A DNA stretch of 55,374 nucleotides from Thermoplasmatota archaeon. GTDB taxonomy: Archaea; Thermoplasmatota; E2; JACPAO01; JAHFTW01. The stretch spans positions 1 through 55,374 of the forward strand of contig JBFIJP010000001.1 in assembly GCA_041600695.1 (NCBI GenBank). Reading direction: 5' to 3'. Numbering within the stretch: position 1 is the stretch's first letter; each line of letters opens with the position of its first letter. Below the pieces are notes generated by a model that was given only the letters and a program-made list of their open reading frames with translations, did no database searches and was not told where the DNA came from. Below are positions 8,797 through 17,962 of this stretch, piece by piece. A program made the translations under genes and the position numbers.

Positions 8797-10110
8797 CTAC
8801 GGCCAGGGCACGAACACGAACGCCGCTGCGGCGATGCCCACCAGGGTCGTGGCCACGGCGGGAACAAGCAGTGGCTTGAGGAGCGGGCGGTGGACCGCCT
8901 GCGCCACGGCCGGCTTCATCAGCAGGCTAAGCATGGCCGACAGGATCGACACCTGGCCGGCGACCAACACGTCCACCTGGCCCTGGAACGCCAGGAGACC
9001 CATGGACGCGAAGACGGCGCCTGTCGAAACTAGGCCCCCGAAGGCCGCCAGATAGATGGCCTTCGGGCCGAGGCCCGGAATCTCCTGCAGGAGCGCGGCG
9101 GCCACCGAGAAAGCCAGAAACAGCAGGCCGAAGCGAAGCGCGGAGCGCAGTGCAAACGGGGAGCGCACTCGCAAACTGGAGATTTCCGTCGCCGGCCCCC
9201 CCGTTTCCACCTCGTTTTCGTCGGGCTGGCTCAGGTCCGCGCCCCGGGAACCCCACGCAAACAGGATGAGTCCCATGAGGGCCAAGGGCACGACGACCAC
9301 CTTTGCGAGTTGGAGGCTTGGATCGGCAATGACCGCGATGGAGAGGTTGCGTGCAAACATCATGGCGCTGGCCAGCAGGATTGCCCGCGCCGCCAGGTTG
9401 GCCAGCCGCGATTGGTTGCGGGCGATGGCCGCCATGGAACCGGTGGCCGCCGTGCTGCTCACCAGCCCGGACAGGAGCCCGGCAACCAGCAGGCCCCGGC
9501 GGGCGCCCATTTGGCGCATGATGATGAAGCTCACGAACGATAGCACGCTGACCAGGACCACGATGAGGAGGATGCGTCGCGGTGCCACGGCCCCGAGGGG
9601 ATCAATTGCCTCGGTGGGGGCAAGCGGGAGGACAATGAACGCGATCACCACGAACGTAAGCGCCTCACGCAACTCCGCTTCCGTCATCAGGGTGGCAAGC
9701 TGGTGGAGGCTGCTTCGGGTCATTAGGAGAGCCGTCGTCGCTACCGCGACCACCACGGCCTCCACCTGTAGCCCCAATCCCACCAGCACACCAACGAGGA
9801 ACGTGACAAAGAGGGCGGCCGCCGTCGTGAGCCCGGTTCCCCCGTCACGCATGCGAGCCTGGATGACCATTAAGGCGAAACCGCCAAAGAGGGCAATTCC
9901 AAGCGGAACCACATACGCAGAATCCAGGCGGTCGGCCAGAATGGTCATGAGCACTCCGGCCAGCGCCACCAGGGGCATGGTGCGTACGCCGGCAACGACA
10001 TCGCGCTGGGCACGATGGCGCTCCCGCTCCAATCCTACCAGACCGCCCAGGCCAAGCGCCAAGGCGAAACGCGCCACCAGGTCCCAATCCACCGCGTCGG
10101 GGAAGGCCAC
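8797..10110 (-). CDS. MgtC/SapB-family membrane protein with a DUF4010-like C-terminal extension
   Basis: The N-terminus FALALGLGGLVGLERE is the MgtC signature. The protein is 437 aa and highly hydrophobic throughout. GTG start at 10110. Confidence 0.75.
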   Translation of the reverse strand: MAFPDAVDWDLVARFALALGLGGLVGLERERHRAQRDVVAGVRTMPLVALAGVLMTILADRLDSAYVVPLGIALFGGFALMVIQARMRDGGTGLTTAAALFVTFLVGVLVGLGLQVEAVVVAVATTALLMTRSSLHQLATLMTEAELREALTFVVIAFIVLPLAPTEAIDPLGAVAPRRILLIVVLVSVLSFVSFIIMRQMGARRGLLVAGLLSGLVSSTAATGSMAAIARNQSRLANLAARAILLASAMMFARNLSIAVIADPSLQLAKVVVVPLALMGLILFAWGSRGADLSQPDENEVETGGPATEISSLRVRSPFALRSALRFGLLFLAFSVAAALLQEIPGLGPKAIYLAAFGGLVSTGAVFASMGLLAFQGQVDVLVAGQVSILSAMLSLLMKPAVAQAVHRPLLKPLLVPAVATTLVGIAAAAFVFVPWP

Positions 10111-10190
10111 GGGCGTTTTTGCGCATGATTTGCGTAAAACTGTTTGCCCTCCGGCGTCCTGGACCTAGCCTTGGCGCCAACCGGCTGGTC

Positions 10191-12608
10191 CTACGTGTGC
10201 GTCCGGCGCGAGGCTGGCTGAGCTGGCACGGGATGGAGTTCGCCCCCGCGCGCGGTCCGGGTCGAGAAGCCCTCGACGACATCCGGCTGTCCAGGTCCGG
10301 AACCGGTATGCGTGGCGTCATTGGCAACGATGCGGACCAACGCGTTGGCTAGACTGTTGTGTTCCCGTACAAAAGCACGAAGGGCATCGATGTCGGCCAG
10401 GGACGGGAACCGCCGGCCGGCCTCGGCCCGGAAGGCATCTTCCGACGGCGCCAGGCGGACCAACCGTGGCCAGAGCCGGGAATCCTGGGCTGCTGCCTGG
10501 GACACCTCCGGCCAGCGTTCCTGAACGGCCGTCCAGAGTGCCAGGTCGCTGGGCGCAACGCCAGAACCCTCCTCCAGCAGCCCCGCCGATTCGGCAACGT
10601 ACGTCTGGACCCTGAGACGGTTGATGAACCGCTTCGCGTGGCGTGGGGTGCCGGGAAGAAGCGGCCAAGCAGCCTCAAGGGCCCTGCGGAAGGCCGGCGA
10701 CGCGGTTTCCAGTTGATCGATGTGGCGTCGCTCCGGCTCGTACGAGGCGCCCACCCTGGAGAGTCGCTCGACTTCGGCCTCGCGCTGGTCGCCCACGCCC
10801 GCCCGCCGGGACGCGCGCGGGGACCCACGGGGCGACGCGGACGCCGGGGGCGACGCGGGTGCCGGCGGGGGCGTTGGTGCGCTGCCGGGCGCTCTTCGGC
10901 CAGCCGCCGGACGAGGTGTCACGACCGCACGCTGCGCAGGCGGTTGCGGGGTTTCCTTCAGAAGTTCCGCCAGTAAGGTACGCAGCCGTTCGGCCGATGG
11001 ATGGGGCAGTGACAACTGGAGTTGGATGATTTTTTGCAGGTACCGCCGCCCGAAGACGAGACTGCCTGCTGGCCCGTCATCCGGGCCCAGGTCGCCGCCC
11101 GGTCGGTACGTGCGCGCCAGTTTCTCGTACTTGACGGCCACCTGAGCCGCAACGCCCGACATCTCCGCCATCACCACCACGATGACATCGGGGCCGGTCA
11201 GAACCTGGTTGACGAACTCGAGGGCATCGCAAGCTCCCGGTGGCCGGCAGCGCTCCAGGTCATCGATGAAGACCACGAGTCGCCCGCCTTCGGGCAGGGC
11301 TGCCGCCAGGTGTTCGCGAAGCTCTTTGCGCATCGCTTCCAGATCGCCAGCCGAAGCTTCCAGTTCCGGGTCGTGGGCAAAGGCGGCCAGGGCGCTCTGG
11401 AGGCGTTGGAGGCGGGGAAACTGACTCCCGCCGCCGGCTGCCGCCGCATTGAGGATCCACGCCGAGAGCGAGGGAGCTCCGTCGGCAAACAAGCTCACGA
11501 AGTTGGCTCCCGCTGGCGTCCCCAGCCATTCGAGCACCTGACCCACGCCCGCCAATCCGCCCACAGCGACCAGCGTGGCGACTGCTGCCGCCTCTGCATA
11601 ACTGCGCCCACGTTCGGGGCCGGCCTGCAAGTCGAGAGGCAGGCGGTGCCAGAACCGGCGCCAACGCTTGGCACGGGCCCGGGCCGCCCGCAGCACCGCC
11701 GCCAGGAGCGCCTGGCCCAGGTCGCCGGAGTCGTCGTGCTGCCAGGCGTTGAAATCGACGATCAGGTAGGGCTGCGCTTCGCCCTTGTCCCGGGCGAGCA
11801 TGTTGCGGTACGCCAGGCGGTCCCGAACCAGGTTGGCCAGGCTGGTCTTGCCGACACCCCAGGGCGCGTCAACCGCGATGGTCAGCGGCGTGTCGGTGGC
11901 GGGGTTCTCGATGAGGGCCGCCAGGGCGTTGGCGTACCAGCCGTAGCCAAGCATGTCCTGGGCCGGATCCTCGACGGCACGGTCTGAGAGTTGGTGGAGG
12001 GCGGCCAGAATCGATCCAGGCTCCGGCGGCTCGGGCCGGGCGACGCGGTCCAGGTGGTCGTCGACCCAGCGCGCGAGTCGATCCACATCAGGCTCTGCGG
12101 GTAGCTCGAAGAAGTCCCGTGCAGGAGCCCTTTCGAGCCGGACCATCGCAGCCTCGAAGATGCGACCCATCTCGTCTTGGCTGACGCGCTCAAATGGGCC
12201 CGCCATGGCCTCCTTGCCAGGCAAGGCTGCCAGGCGCTCGGAGCCCACATGCTCGCCGAGCCACTCCAGCCAGCCGGGATCGGGAACCCCCCGGTCCGGC
12301 CACCACATTTCGAGCACGATCTTTGCGGCTCCGATCTGCGCGGACGCGGACTGGCGGGCAGTATCATCGAACGGGGCACCGGTGTAGATCTGGACGAACG
12401 ACGCCTTCAGACCCACGGCCGCCAGGGCCCCACGCAAGTCAGCGGCTCGCCCACCCGCCCAGTCGGTGTTGTGGGCAACGAGAACCACGGGAGCATCGCC
12501 TGGCAGGCGGCCGGCCTCCTCGTCGATGCGCCGAATGTACGCCTCCCGGGTCTCGTCCCAACCGTCCGCAGGGGGATGCCGCTCGGGATCAGTCCTCGCC
12601 GCGAGCAC
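10191..12608 (-). CDS. KAP-family P-loop NTPase with an unassigned ~230-aa N-terminal region
   Basis: Walker A DAPWGVGKTS, FNAWQHDD, hydrophobic helices inserted within the NTPase domain (AAAVATLVAVGGLAGVG; SLSAWILNAAAAGG), Walker B VVFIDDLERC, and C-terminal TPRHAKRFINRL. All are KAP hallmarks. GTG start; the exact start is uncertain. Confidence 0.85.
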   Translation of the reverse strand: MLAARTDPERHPPADGWDETREAYIRRIDEEAGRLPGDAPVVLVAHNTDWAGGRAADLRGALAAVGLKASFVQIYTGAPFDDTARQSASAQIGAAKIVLEMWWPDRGVPDPGWLEWLGEHVGSERLAALPGKEAMAGPFERVSQDEMGRIFEAAMVRLERAPARDFFELPAEPDVDRLARWVDDHLDRVARPEPPEPGSILAALHQLSDRAVEDPAQDMLGYGWYANALAALIENPATDTPLTIAVDAPWGVGKTSLANLVRDRLAYRNMLARDKGEAQPYLIVDFNAWQHDDSGDLGQALLAAVLRAARARAKRWRRFWHRLPLDLQAGPERGRSYAEAAAVATLVAVGGLAGVGQVLEWLGTPAGANFVSLFADGAPSLSAWILNAAAAGGGSQFPRLQRLQSALAAFAHDPELEASAGDLEAMRKELREHLAAALPEGGRLVVFIDDLERCRPPGACDALEFVNQVLTGPDVIVVVMAEMSGVAAQVAVKYEKLARTYRPGGDLGPDDGPAGSLVFGRRYLQKIIQLQLSLPHPSAERLRTLLAELLKETPQPPAQRAVVTPRPAAGRRAPGSAPTPPPAPASPPASASPRGSPRASRRAGVGDQREAEVERLSRVGASYEPERRHIDQLETASPAFRRALEAAWPLLPGTPRHAKRFINRLRVQTYVAESAGLLEEGSGVAPSDLALWTAVQERWPEVSQAAAQDSRLWPRLVRLAPSEDAFRAEAGRRFPSLADIDALRAFVREHNSLANALVRIVANDATHTGSGPGQPDVVEGFSTRTARGGELHPVPAQPASRRTHT

Positions 12609-12763
12609 GCGGGGCCATCCGCGTCATGGCGTGTGAAGTTTACGGCCGCTGGGAGTGGCCGTGGCAGCGACCGTGACCAGTCCAGGGAAGCCACACGTTG
12701 CCCGGACAGGCTGCACGCGACCGGAGGCCCCACGGTGGTGTGCCCGTTGCCGGCTGCGGTCCA

Positions 12764-13597
12764 TCAATGCGTCAAACAGTGCAACGAACCGAAAGCGGCC
12801 CGCGCGCTGGTCGCAAGGGCCGGATTCCGCCTAACCTGCTCCCCGAGGCTCTCCCACGCCCGATCGGCGTACTGGTGGCCTGGAAAGACGACGATTTCCG
12901 GGGCCAGCGCCCGCAGCCGCGCCATGGAGGCAAACATGGCGTCGGTGTCGCCGCCGGGGAAGTCGGTGCGTCCGCAGGTGTCAATGAAGAGCGTGTCGCC
13001 GCCAAAGAGCGCCTGGCCCCGCCCGGCGGCGCCGACGAGGTAGCACGAACTCTCCGGCTGGTGGCCGGGCGTATGGAGAATCTCGATGGGCACGTCGCCG
13101 ATGTCGAGGCGTTCGCCGTCGGCCAGCAGGTGCACTGTTCCCAGTTGCTCGAACTCCGTGACCTTCGGGTGGCTCGCGGCGGCCTCGTGGATGCCGATCT
13201 CAGCGACGCCGCGACGGTGAATCTCGGGGATGCCGCCGATGTGGTCCCAGTGGCCGTGCGTGAACAGGGCCCGGCTGATGCGATACCCGTCCGCCTGGGC
13301 CAGAGCGAAGACCCGGTCCAGCTCGAACGCCGGGTCGATGACCAGCGCCTCCCGGGTCTCGGGGTCGCCGACGACGTAATGGAAGTTCTCGTGGGGTCCA
13401 GCCAGGACCTGCCGGAGGTAGAAGCCGAGGTCGGGGGCGTCGTGGCTGAAGTCCTGGAAGACCACGAGCGCCCCAGCGTGCCCCGGCGGCAAAGCCGTTT
13501 CGAGGCATGGCAAGGCTGCCCGGGGCCGTGCGGGCGGCCGCGCCGCTGGCGGCCGCGGCGCTCCGCCCCTGCTAGGGGATGTTGATCTGTTAGACAC
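12764..13597 (-). CDS. Metallo-beta-lactamase-fold hydrolase, persulfide dioxygenase (ETHE1)/glyoxalase II-like
   Basis: THGHWDHIGG (HxHxDH), HTPGH and GDTLFIDTCGRTDFPGGD. The start is uncertain: GTG at 13597, or an internal GTG near 13465 giving VVFQDF... Confidence 0.8.
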   Translation of the reverse strand: MSNRSTSPSRGGAPRPPAARPPARPRAALPCLETALPPGHAGALVVFQDFSHDAPDLGFYLRQVLAGPHENFHYVVGDPETREALVIDPAFELDRVFALAQADGYRISRALFTHGHWDHIGGIPEIHRRGVAEIGIHEAAASHPKVTEFEQLGTVHLLADGERLDIGDVPIEILHTPGHQPESSCYLVGAAGRGQALFGGDTLFIDTCGRTDFPGGDTDAMFASMARLRALAPEIVVFPGHQYADRAWESLGEQVRRNPALATSARAAFGSLHCLTH

Positions 13598-13875
13598 GTT
13601 GGCTACGGCGCGCGCGTCTCATGTGCTCTGCCGGCCCTTTCAGCCCATGGCTTACAGCGTCTGCATGATCCAGCAGCCCCAGGATGTCGTCTGCGGCGTT
13701 GGGATCGTCTACCGTCGCGCCTCCGAAGCTCTTGGCGCCGTGGCCATCGGCCTCTGCCTCGACTGCTAGAGGCGCCCAGCTGATCATCGAAGCGCGGCAA
13801 GCCTGGCTGGCGCGAGGCCGGCCCCGTGCCGGCTCACTCACCCTTAAGTAGCGATTCCTGGAGTCGCGGCCGTCC

Positions 13876-14862
13876 ATGGCCGAGCAGCCCCCCACCCCGA
13901 GGAGCCTTCCCATCAGTCAACCCGGTGCCGGCGCGCCGGGGCAACAGGGCGGCCCCGTCGATCCGCGGGCTGCTGAGCGGCTGAAGCGCCGCATGCGCAT
14001 CATCAACAACATGAAGCGCGTGAAGCACAAGTTCATCGTGGCATCGGGCAAGGGCGGCGTGGGCAAGTCGACGGTGGCCACCAATCTGGCCGTGGCGCTG
14101 GCTGATGCTGGCTACAAGGTTGGCTTGTTGGACATGGACCTGACCGGCCCCAACGTGCCGAAAATGCTGGGCCTGGAGGACGCCGACCTGATCCAGGACG
14201 AGAACGGCCTCGTCCCGGTCAAGGTGACGGACAACCTGCACGTCATCAGCATGCAGTTCCTGCTGCCCGACAAGGACGCGCCGATCATTTGGCGTGGCCC
14301 CATCAAGATGCAGATCATTGGCCAGTTCCTGGGTGACGTCAACTGGGGCGATCTGGACTACCTGGTGGTGGACCTGCCGCCGGGAAGCAGCGACGAACCC
14401 CTGTCCGTGGCGCAGAACATTCCCGACGCCGACGGCGTGGTCCTCGTGACGACGCCGCAGGATGTGGCGGTGGGCGACGTGCGCAAGAACCTGCGCTTCG
14501 CCGAGCGCCTAGAGCTCCCCGTGCTGGGTGTCATCGAGAACATGAGCGGCCTGCACCTCAAGGGCAAGGCCGCGCCGGGCACCGAGTTCAGCATCGACAC
14601 CGGTTCGGCCACCATTGATGTCCAGGCAGACGGCGACGGCGCCTTCGAACTGGTCGTGGATGTGTTCCAGAGCGGCGGCGGCCACGCCATGGCGGACGAG
14701 ATGGGCGCCCCCTTCCTCGGCGCCATTCCGCTCGACATGGCCATCATGCGCAGCGGCGACGCCGGAACGCCGTTCTTGCACGGCGGCGAGGGACCCGCCA
14801 AGGCAGCCTTCGAGGGCATCGTGGCCAAGTTGACGGCTGGCCACCCGAAGCCGGGCGAATAG
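13876..14862 (+). CDS. Mrp/NBP35/ApbC-family P-loop ATPase (cysteine-free variant)
   Basis: Deviant Walker A ASGKGGVGKST, DLPPGSSDE and ENMSG. The usual CxxC after ENMSG is replaced by a ~25-aa insert, and the whole protein has no Cys. Confidence 0.85.
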   Translation: MAEQPPTPRSLPISQPGAGAPGQQGGPVDPRAAERLKRRMRIINNMKRVKHKFIVASGKGGVGKSTVATNLAVALADAGYKVGLLDMDLTGPNVPKMLGLEDADLIQDENGLVPVKVTDNLHVISMQFLLPDKDAPIIWRGPIKMQIIGQFLGDVNWGDLDYLVVDLPPGSSDEPLSVAQNIPDADGVVLVTTPQDVAVGDVRKNLRFAERLELPVLGVIENMSGLHLKGKAAPGTEFSIDTGSATIDVQADGDGAFELVVDVFQSGGGHAMADEMGAPFLGAIPLDMAIMRSGDAGTPFLHGGEGPAKAAFEGIVAKLTAGHPKPGE

Positions 14863-15263
14863 TCGGCCGGCAGCGCAGGCTCCTTGGGGGGCAACGGCAC
14901 CGTTTCGATGGGCGGCAACGCCCGCCAGGCCCGCCAGGTCAGCAGGCCCGGGCAGAGTGTCCAGGTGGCTGGCCTATCCACAGGTGTCAAACGGGCCGGT
15001 GAAGACGCACTGGACCATCGGGGGGATCTCACGCGCCTCAGCCAGGCCGGTGGCCGACACGACGACGATCACGATGGCAGGCATCCAGCGAGCAACGGCA
15101 CGCATGCGGGGGCATCGGCCAACCCCGTCATGAGGCCTGCGCTGCTGCTGCCAGCCGGATGCCGACGGGACCCGGACGGGGATCGCGGACCAGTCCGCGC
15201 CCCGGCAAGCGCAGGCCTGCCGGCGTAGCAACGGTTAAGAGTAAGAAAGTGGCAGTTGCAACC

Positions 15264-15620
15264 ATGAGCGAGACCGCCACCTACGAAGCGAAGCTGAGCC
15301 TGACGATCACGGACGTGGCCCGCGCCAAGCTACAGGAATTCCTGGGAGACCAGGATCTGGCCAGCGCGGCCCTGCGCGTGGCTGTCGTGCCTGGCGGGTG
15401 CAGCGGCGCCAGTTACAGCCTCGCGTTCGCCGAGGCCCCCGAGAACGGCGAGCTTGAGTTTACCTTCAACGGCGTGCGGGTGCTGGTTGACCCCATGCAC
15501 GCACCGCTTCTCAACGGGTGCACCGTTGACTTCCTCGACGAGATGATGGGTGGGGGTTTCAAGATCGAGAACCCCAACGCCACCAGCACCTGCGGCTGCG
15601 GCAAGTCCTTCGGGGCCTAG
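15264..15620 (+). CDS. HesB/IscA-family A-type Fe-S cluster carrier
   Basis: 118 aa with GGCSG and the C-terminal CGCGKSF motif. ATG at 15264. Confidence 0.9.
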   Translation: MSETATYEAKLSLTITDVARAKLQEFLGDQDLASAALRVAVVPGGCSGASYSLAFAEAPENGELEFTFNGVRVLVDPMHAPLLNGCTVDFLDEMMGGGFKIENPNATSTCGCGKSFGA

Positions 15621-15740
15621 ACCTCCGAACGCTGGCTCGCCGTTGGCCCTCGTCTGGGGGAGCGCCGCCCCCGGCCAAATCCCCCCGCGGGCAGCAACGG
15701 CCCAGCTTTTTGTGCAAAGGTGCAATCCGGGGCTGTTGCA

Positions 15741-16454
15741 ATGATACTAGCGTACAAAATAGTCGGAGCAAATGTTGCTTTTGTTTCGCGCCGCTTGTTT
15801 CCGTGCAAAGTGGAAGGTGTCGAAAACGTACCCCGCAAGGGCCCCCTGATTCTGGCGTCCAACCACGAGTCGGCGATCGACCCCGTGATCCTGTACACCG
15901 CCGTCGGGCGTACGATCCATTTCCTGGGGAAGAAGGAGTTCTTTGGTAATCCAGTCACCGCGGCGCTTTTCACTAATTTTCTCGGTCCCCATTTCCCTGT
16001 TGATCGCTTCACGCCCGGTAGTAACGCCAAGGCGCTGGCGGATGCGGAGGCTGCCCTCGGGCGCGGACTGGCCATCGGAGTGTACCCGGAGGGCACGCGC
16101 GGCGGCGAGGCGGGTAGCGCCGTCGGACGAGGCAATACCGGCGTGGCGCGCCTTGCGCTGGCCACGGGGGCACCGGTTGTCCCCGTCGGGCTAAAGGGCG
16201 CCGACCAGTTGTATGGGAACCGCGGTTCCTTCCTCAAGCGCTGGAACCGCAAGGCCGCCTGCGTCCAGCGTTTCGGAGCGCCGCTAGACCTGACTCCGTG
16301 GGCCGGTCGTGCGGACGACCCCATCGCCTGGCGTGAGGTGACGGACCTGATCATGACTCGAATCGCGGAGCTCCGGGGCGAGGCTTATGACCCGGCGGCG
16401 GCGCCCAATCACATGAAGCGCCGGTATGGGGATCCTGAGGCTGACCAGCCCTAG
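15741..16454 (+). CDS. 1-acyl-sn-glycerol-3-phosphate acyltransferase (PlsC-like)
   Basis: Acyltransferase motifs NHESAIDP (HxxxxD) and YPEGTRG. ATG at 15741 (alternative GTG at 15720). Confidence 0.8.
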   Translation: MILAYKIVGANVAFVSRRLFPCKVEGVENVPRKGPLILASNHESAIDPVILYTAVGRTIHFLGKKEFFGNPVTAALFTNFLGPHFPVDRFTPGSNAKALADAEAALGRGLAIGVYPEGTRGGEAGSAVGRGNTGVARLALATGAPVVPVGLKGADQLYGNRGSFLKRWNRKAACVQRFGAPLDLTPWAGRADDPIAWREVTDLIMTRIAELRGEAYDPAAAPNHMKRRYGDPEADQP

Positions 16455-17110
16455 CGGCGCCTGGTGTCGGCGGGCGGCCCGCTGGTAAACTGCTGGTAAA
16501 CTTGACAGCCGGGCGCTACGCTCAGGCTCAGGTGGGGTGCTCCGGGTGCGGCCTCGCACGAGTCCCAGCGCGTGGGCGTGCCCATCCGTCTCCTGCGTCG
16601 CGCGCATGCGAGCACCGCGCGCCAGGGCGCATGCTGGTTCATCCTGACTCCGTGCTGCGACCAACACAGGCGGGTCCGCATGCGTGGACGCACGAGCGAA
16701 AACAGGTAGGGCCTCATGGCCTCCAACTGCCAGGTACGCGCGTGGGCGCAGGGAGTGATGGCCGTCGCCGCTGCCGTAAGTCCCCCATGCGCAGGCACGC
16801 GCGCGTGGATGCAGGGCGACATGCCGTTCGACCACCCAGAGCCGGTGCACCCCTGCGCCGAAGCGTCAACCGGCCGGGGGTCGCCGCGCCCAGACCGGAT
16901 GTGTGGGGGTTTGCGTCGCCGCTACCGACGAGCTCTTTCCGGGGTGCAGGGTGGCCCGACAGGCCCCGCCGGACCGTGGAAAATGGCCGTGGACACGGCA
17001 ATACGCGGTCAGCCCGGGAAAATTGGCGGCAAGGGCTAAATACCACCGCTAGCTAGCCACAATTAGGCTGTGGGAGACACAGCAACACACTATCACCCCC
17101 TCAAACAACA

Positions 17111-17116
17111 AGGAGG
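17111..17116 (+). promoter_or_regulatory. Shine-Dalgarno-like site for the HhH gene
   Basis: AGGAGG lies 8 nt upstream of the ATG at 17125. Confidence 0.6.
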
Positions 17117-17124
17117 AAACCAAC

Positions 17125-17793
17125 ATGGAACTCAAACACATCAAGGGAATCGGACCCGCCAAGCAGACCAAGCTGAACGAGAACGGTGTCTCGAGCATCG
17201 AGGACCTCGCCGGAATCGACGTCGCCGCCTTCGCCACCAAGACCGGCATCAGCGCCGAGACCCTCAAGGAGTGGAAGGAGCAGGCCGTCGGCCTCGCCCT
17301 GATCGAGAACGTCAAGGGCATCGGCCCCAAGACGCTTGTAACGCTGGCCGAGGCCGGCGTGCGCAACCTGAAGGACCTCGCCGAGGCCTCCAGCGAGCGC
17401 ATCTCCCAGGAGACCAAGGTCGCCCGCGAGAAGGTCCTGGAGTGGCAGAAGCAGGCCCAGGAACTCCTCGAGCGCGTCCGCGCCGAGTCCAAGACCGCCG
17501 AAGGCCGCCAGAAGCTGGTCGCTGAGGGCAAGGACTTCGCCCAGAAGTCCGCCCAGCGCGCCCAGGAACAGACCAAGGAACTCGTCGCCCGCGCCCAGAA
17601 GGAGGGCGAGGTCGTCGTCGCCAAGGCCAAGGAGCTGACCGAGAAGGCCCCCGAGATGCTCAAGGAGGCCGAGGTCAAGCTGAAGGAAGCCAGCGCCAAG
17701 ACCCAGGAATTCGTCAAGCACGAGACCGAGAAGGTCAAGGCCGCCAACGAAGGGTTCCTGACTCGCATCAAGGCCCGCTTCCAGCGCAACTAA
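17125..17793 (+). CDS. Helix-hairpin-helix (HhH) repeat protein with a charged coiled-coil C-terminal half
   Basis: IKGIGPAKQTKL and VKGIGPKTLVTL are HhH GIG motifs. The C-terminal half is Lys/Glu/Ala-rich. Confidence 0.8.
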   Translation: MELKHIKGIGPAKQTKLNENGVSSIEDLAGIDVAAFATKTGISAETLKEWKEQAVGLALIENVKGIGPKTLVTLAEAGVRNLKDLAEASSERISQETKVAREKVLEWQKQAQELLERVRAESKTAEGRQKLVAEGKDFAQKSAQRAQEQTKELVARAQKEGEVVVAKAKELTEKAPEMLKEAEVKLKEASAKTQEFVKHETEKVKAANEGFLTRIKARFQRN

Positions 17794-17807
17794 GCGCCCA
17801 GCGGCAC

Positions 17808-17962
17808 CGCCTCCTCCCCCTCTGCAAGCCAATCAACTCCAACCAACACCTTCTCCCCCTCTGCAAGCCAATCAACTCCAACCAACACCTTCTCCCCCTC
17901 TGCAAGCCAATCAACTCCAACCAACACCTCCTCCGCCTCTGCAAGCAACTCAATCCTACCAC
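17808..17962. repeat. 39-bp tandem repeat, ~3.5 copies, immediately 3' of the HhH gene
   Basis: The unit tctgcaagccaatcaactccaaccaacaccttctccccc starts at 17821, 17860 and 17899. The first two copies are identical and the third has 2 mismatches. Partial or degenerate copies flank these. Confidence 0.9.

Noticed and set aside
17808-17962. The 39-bp repeats might be a CRISPR array.
   Set aside because: The copies are directly adjacent with no spacers, there are only about 3.5 copies, and no cas genes occur in the window. It is a simple tandem repeat.
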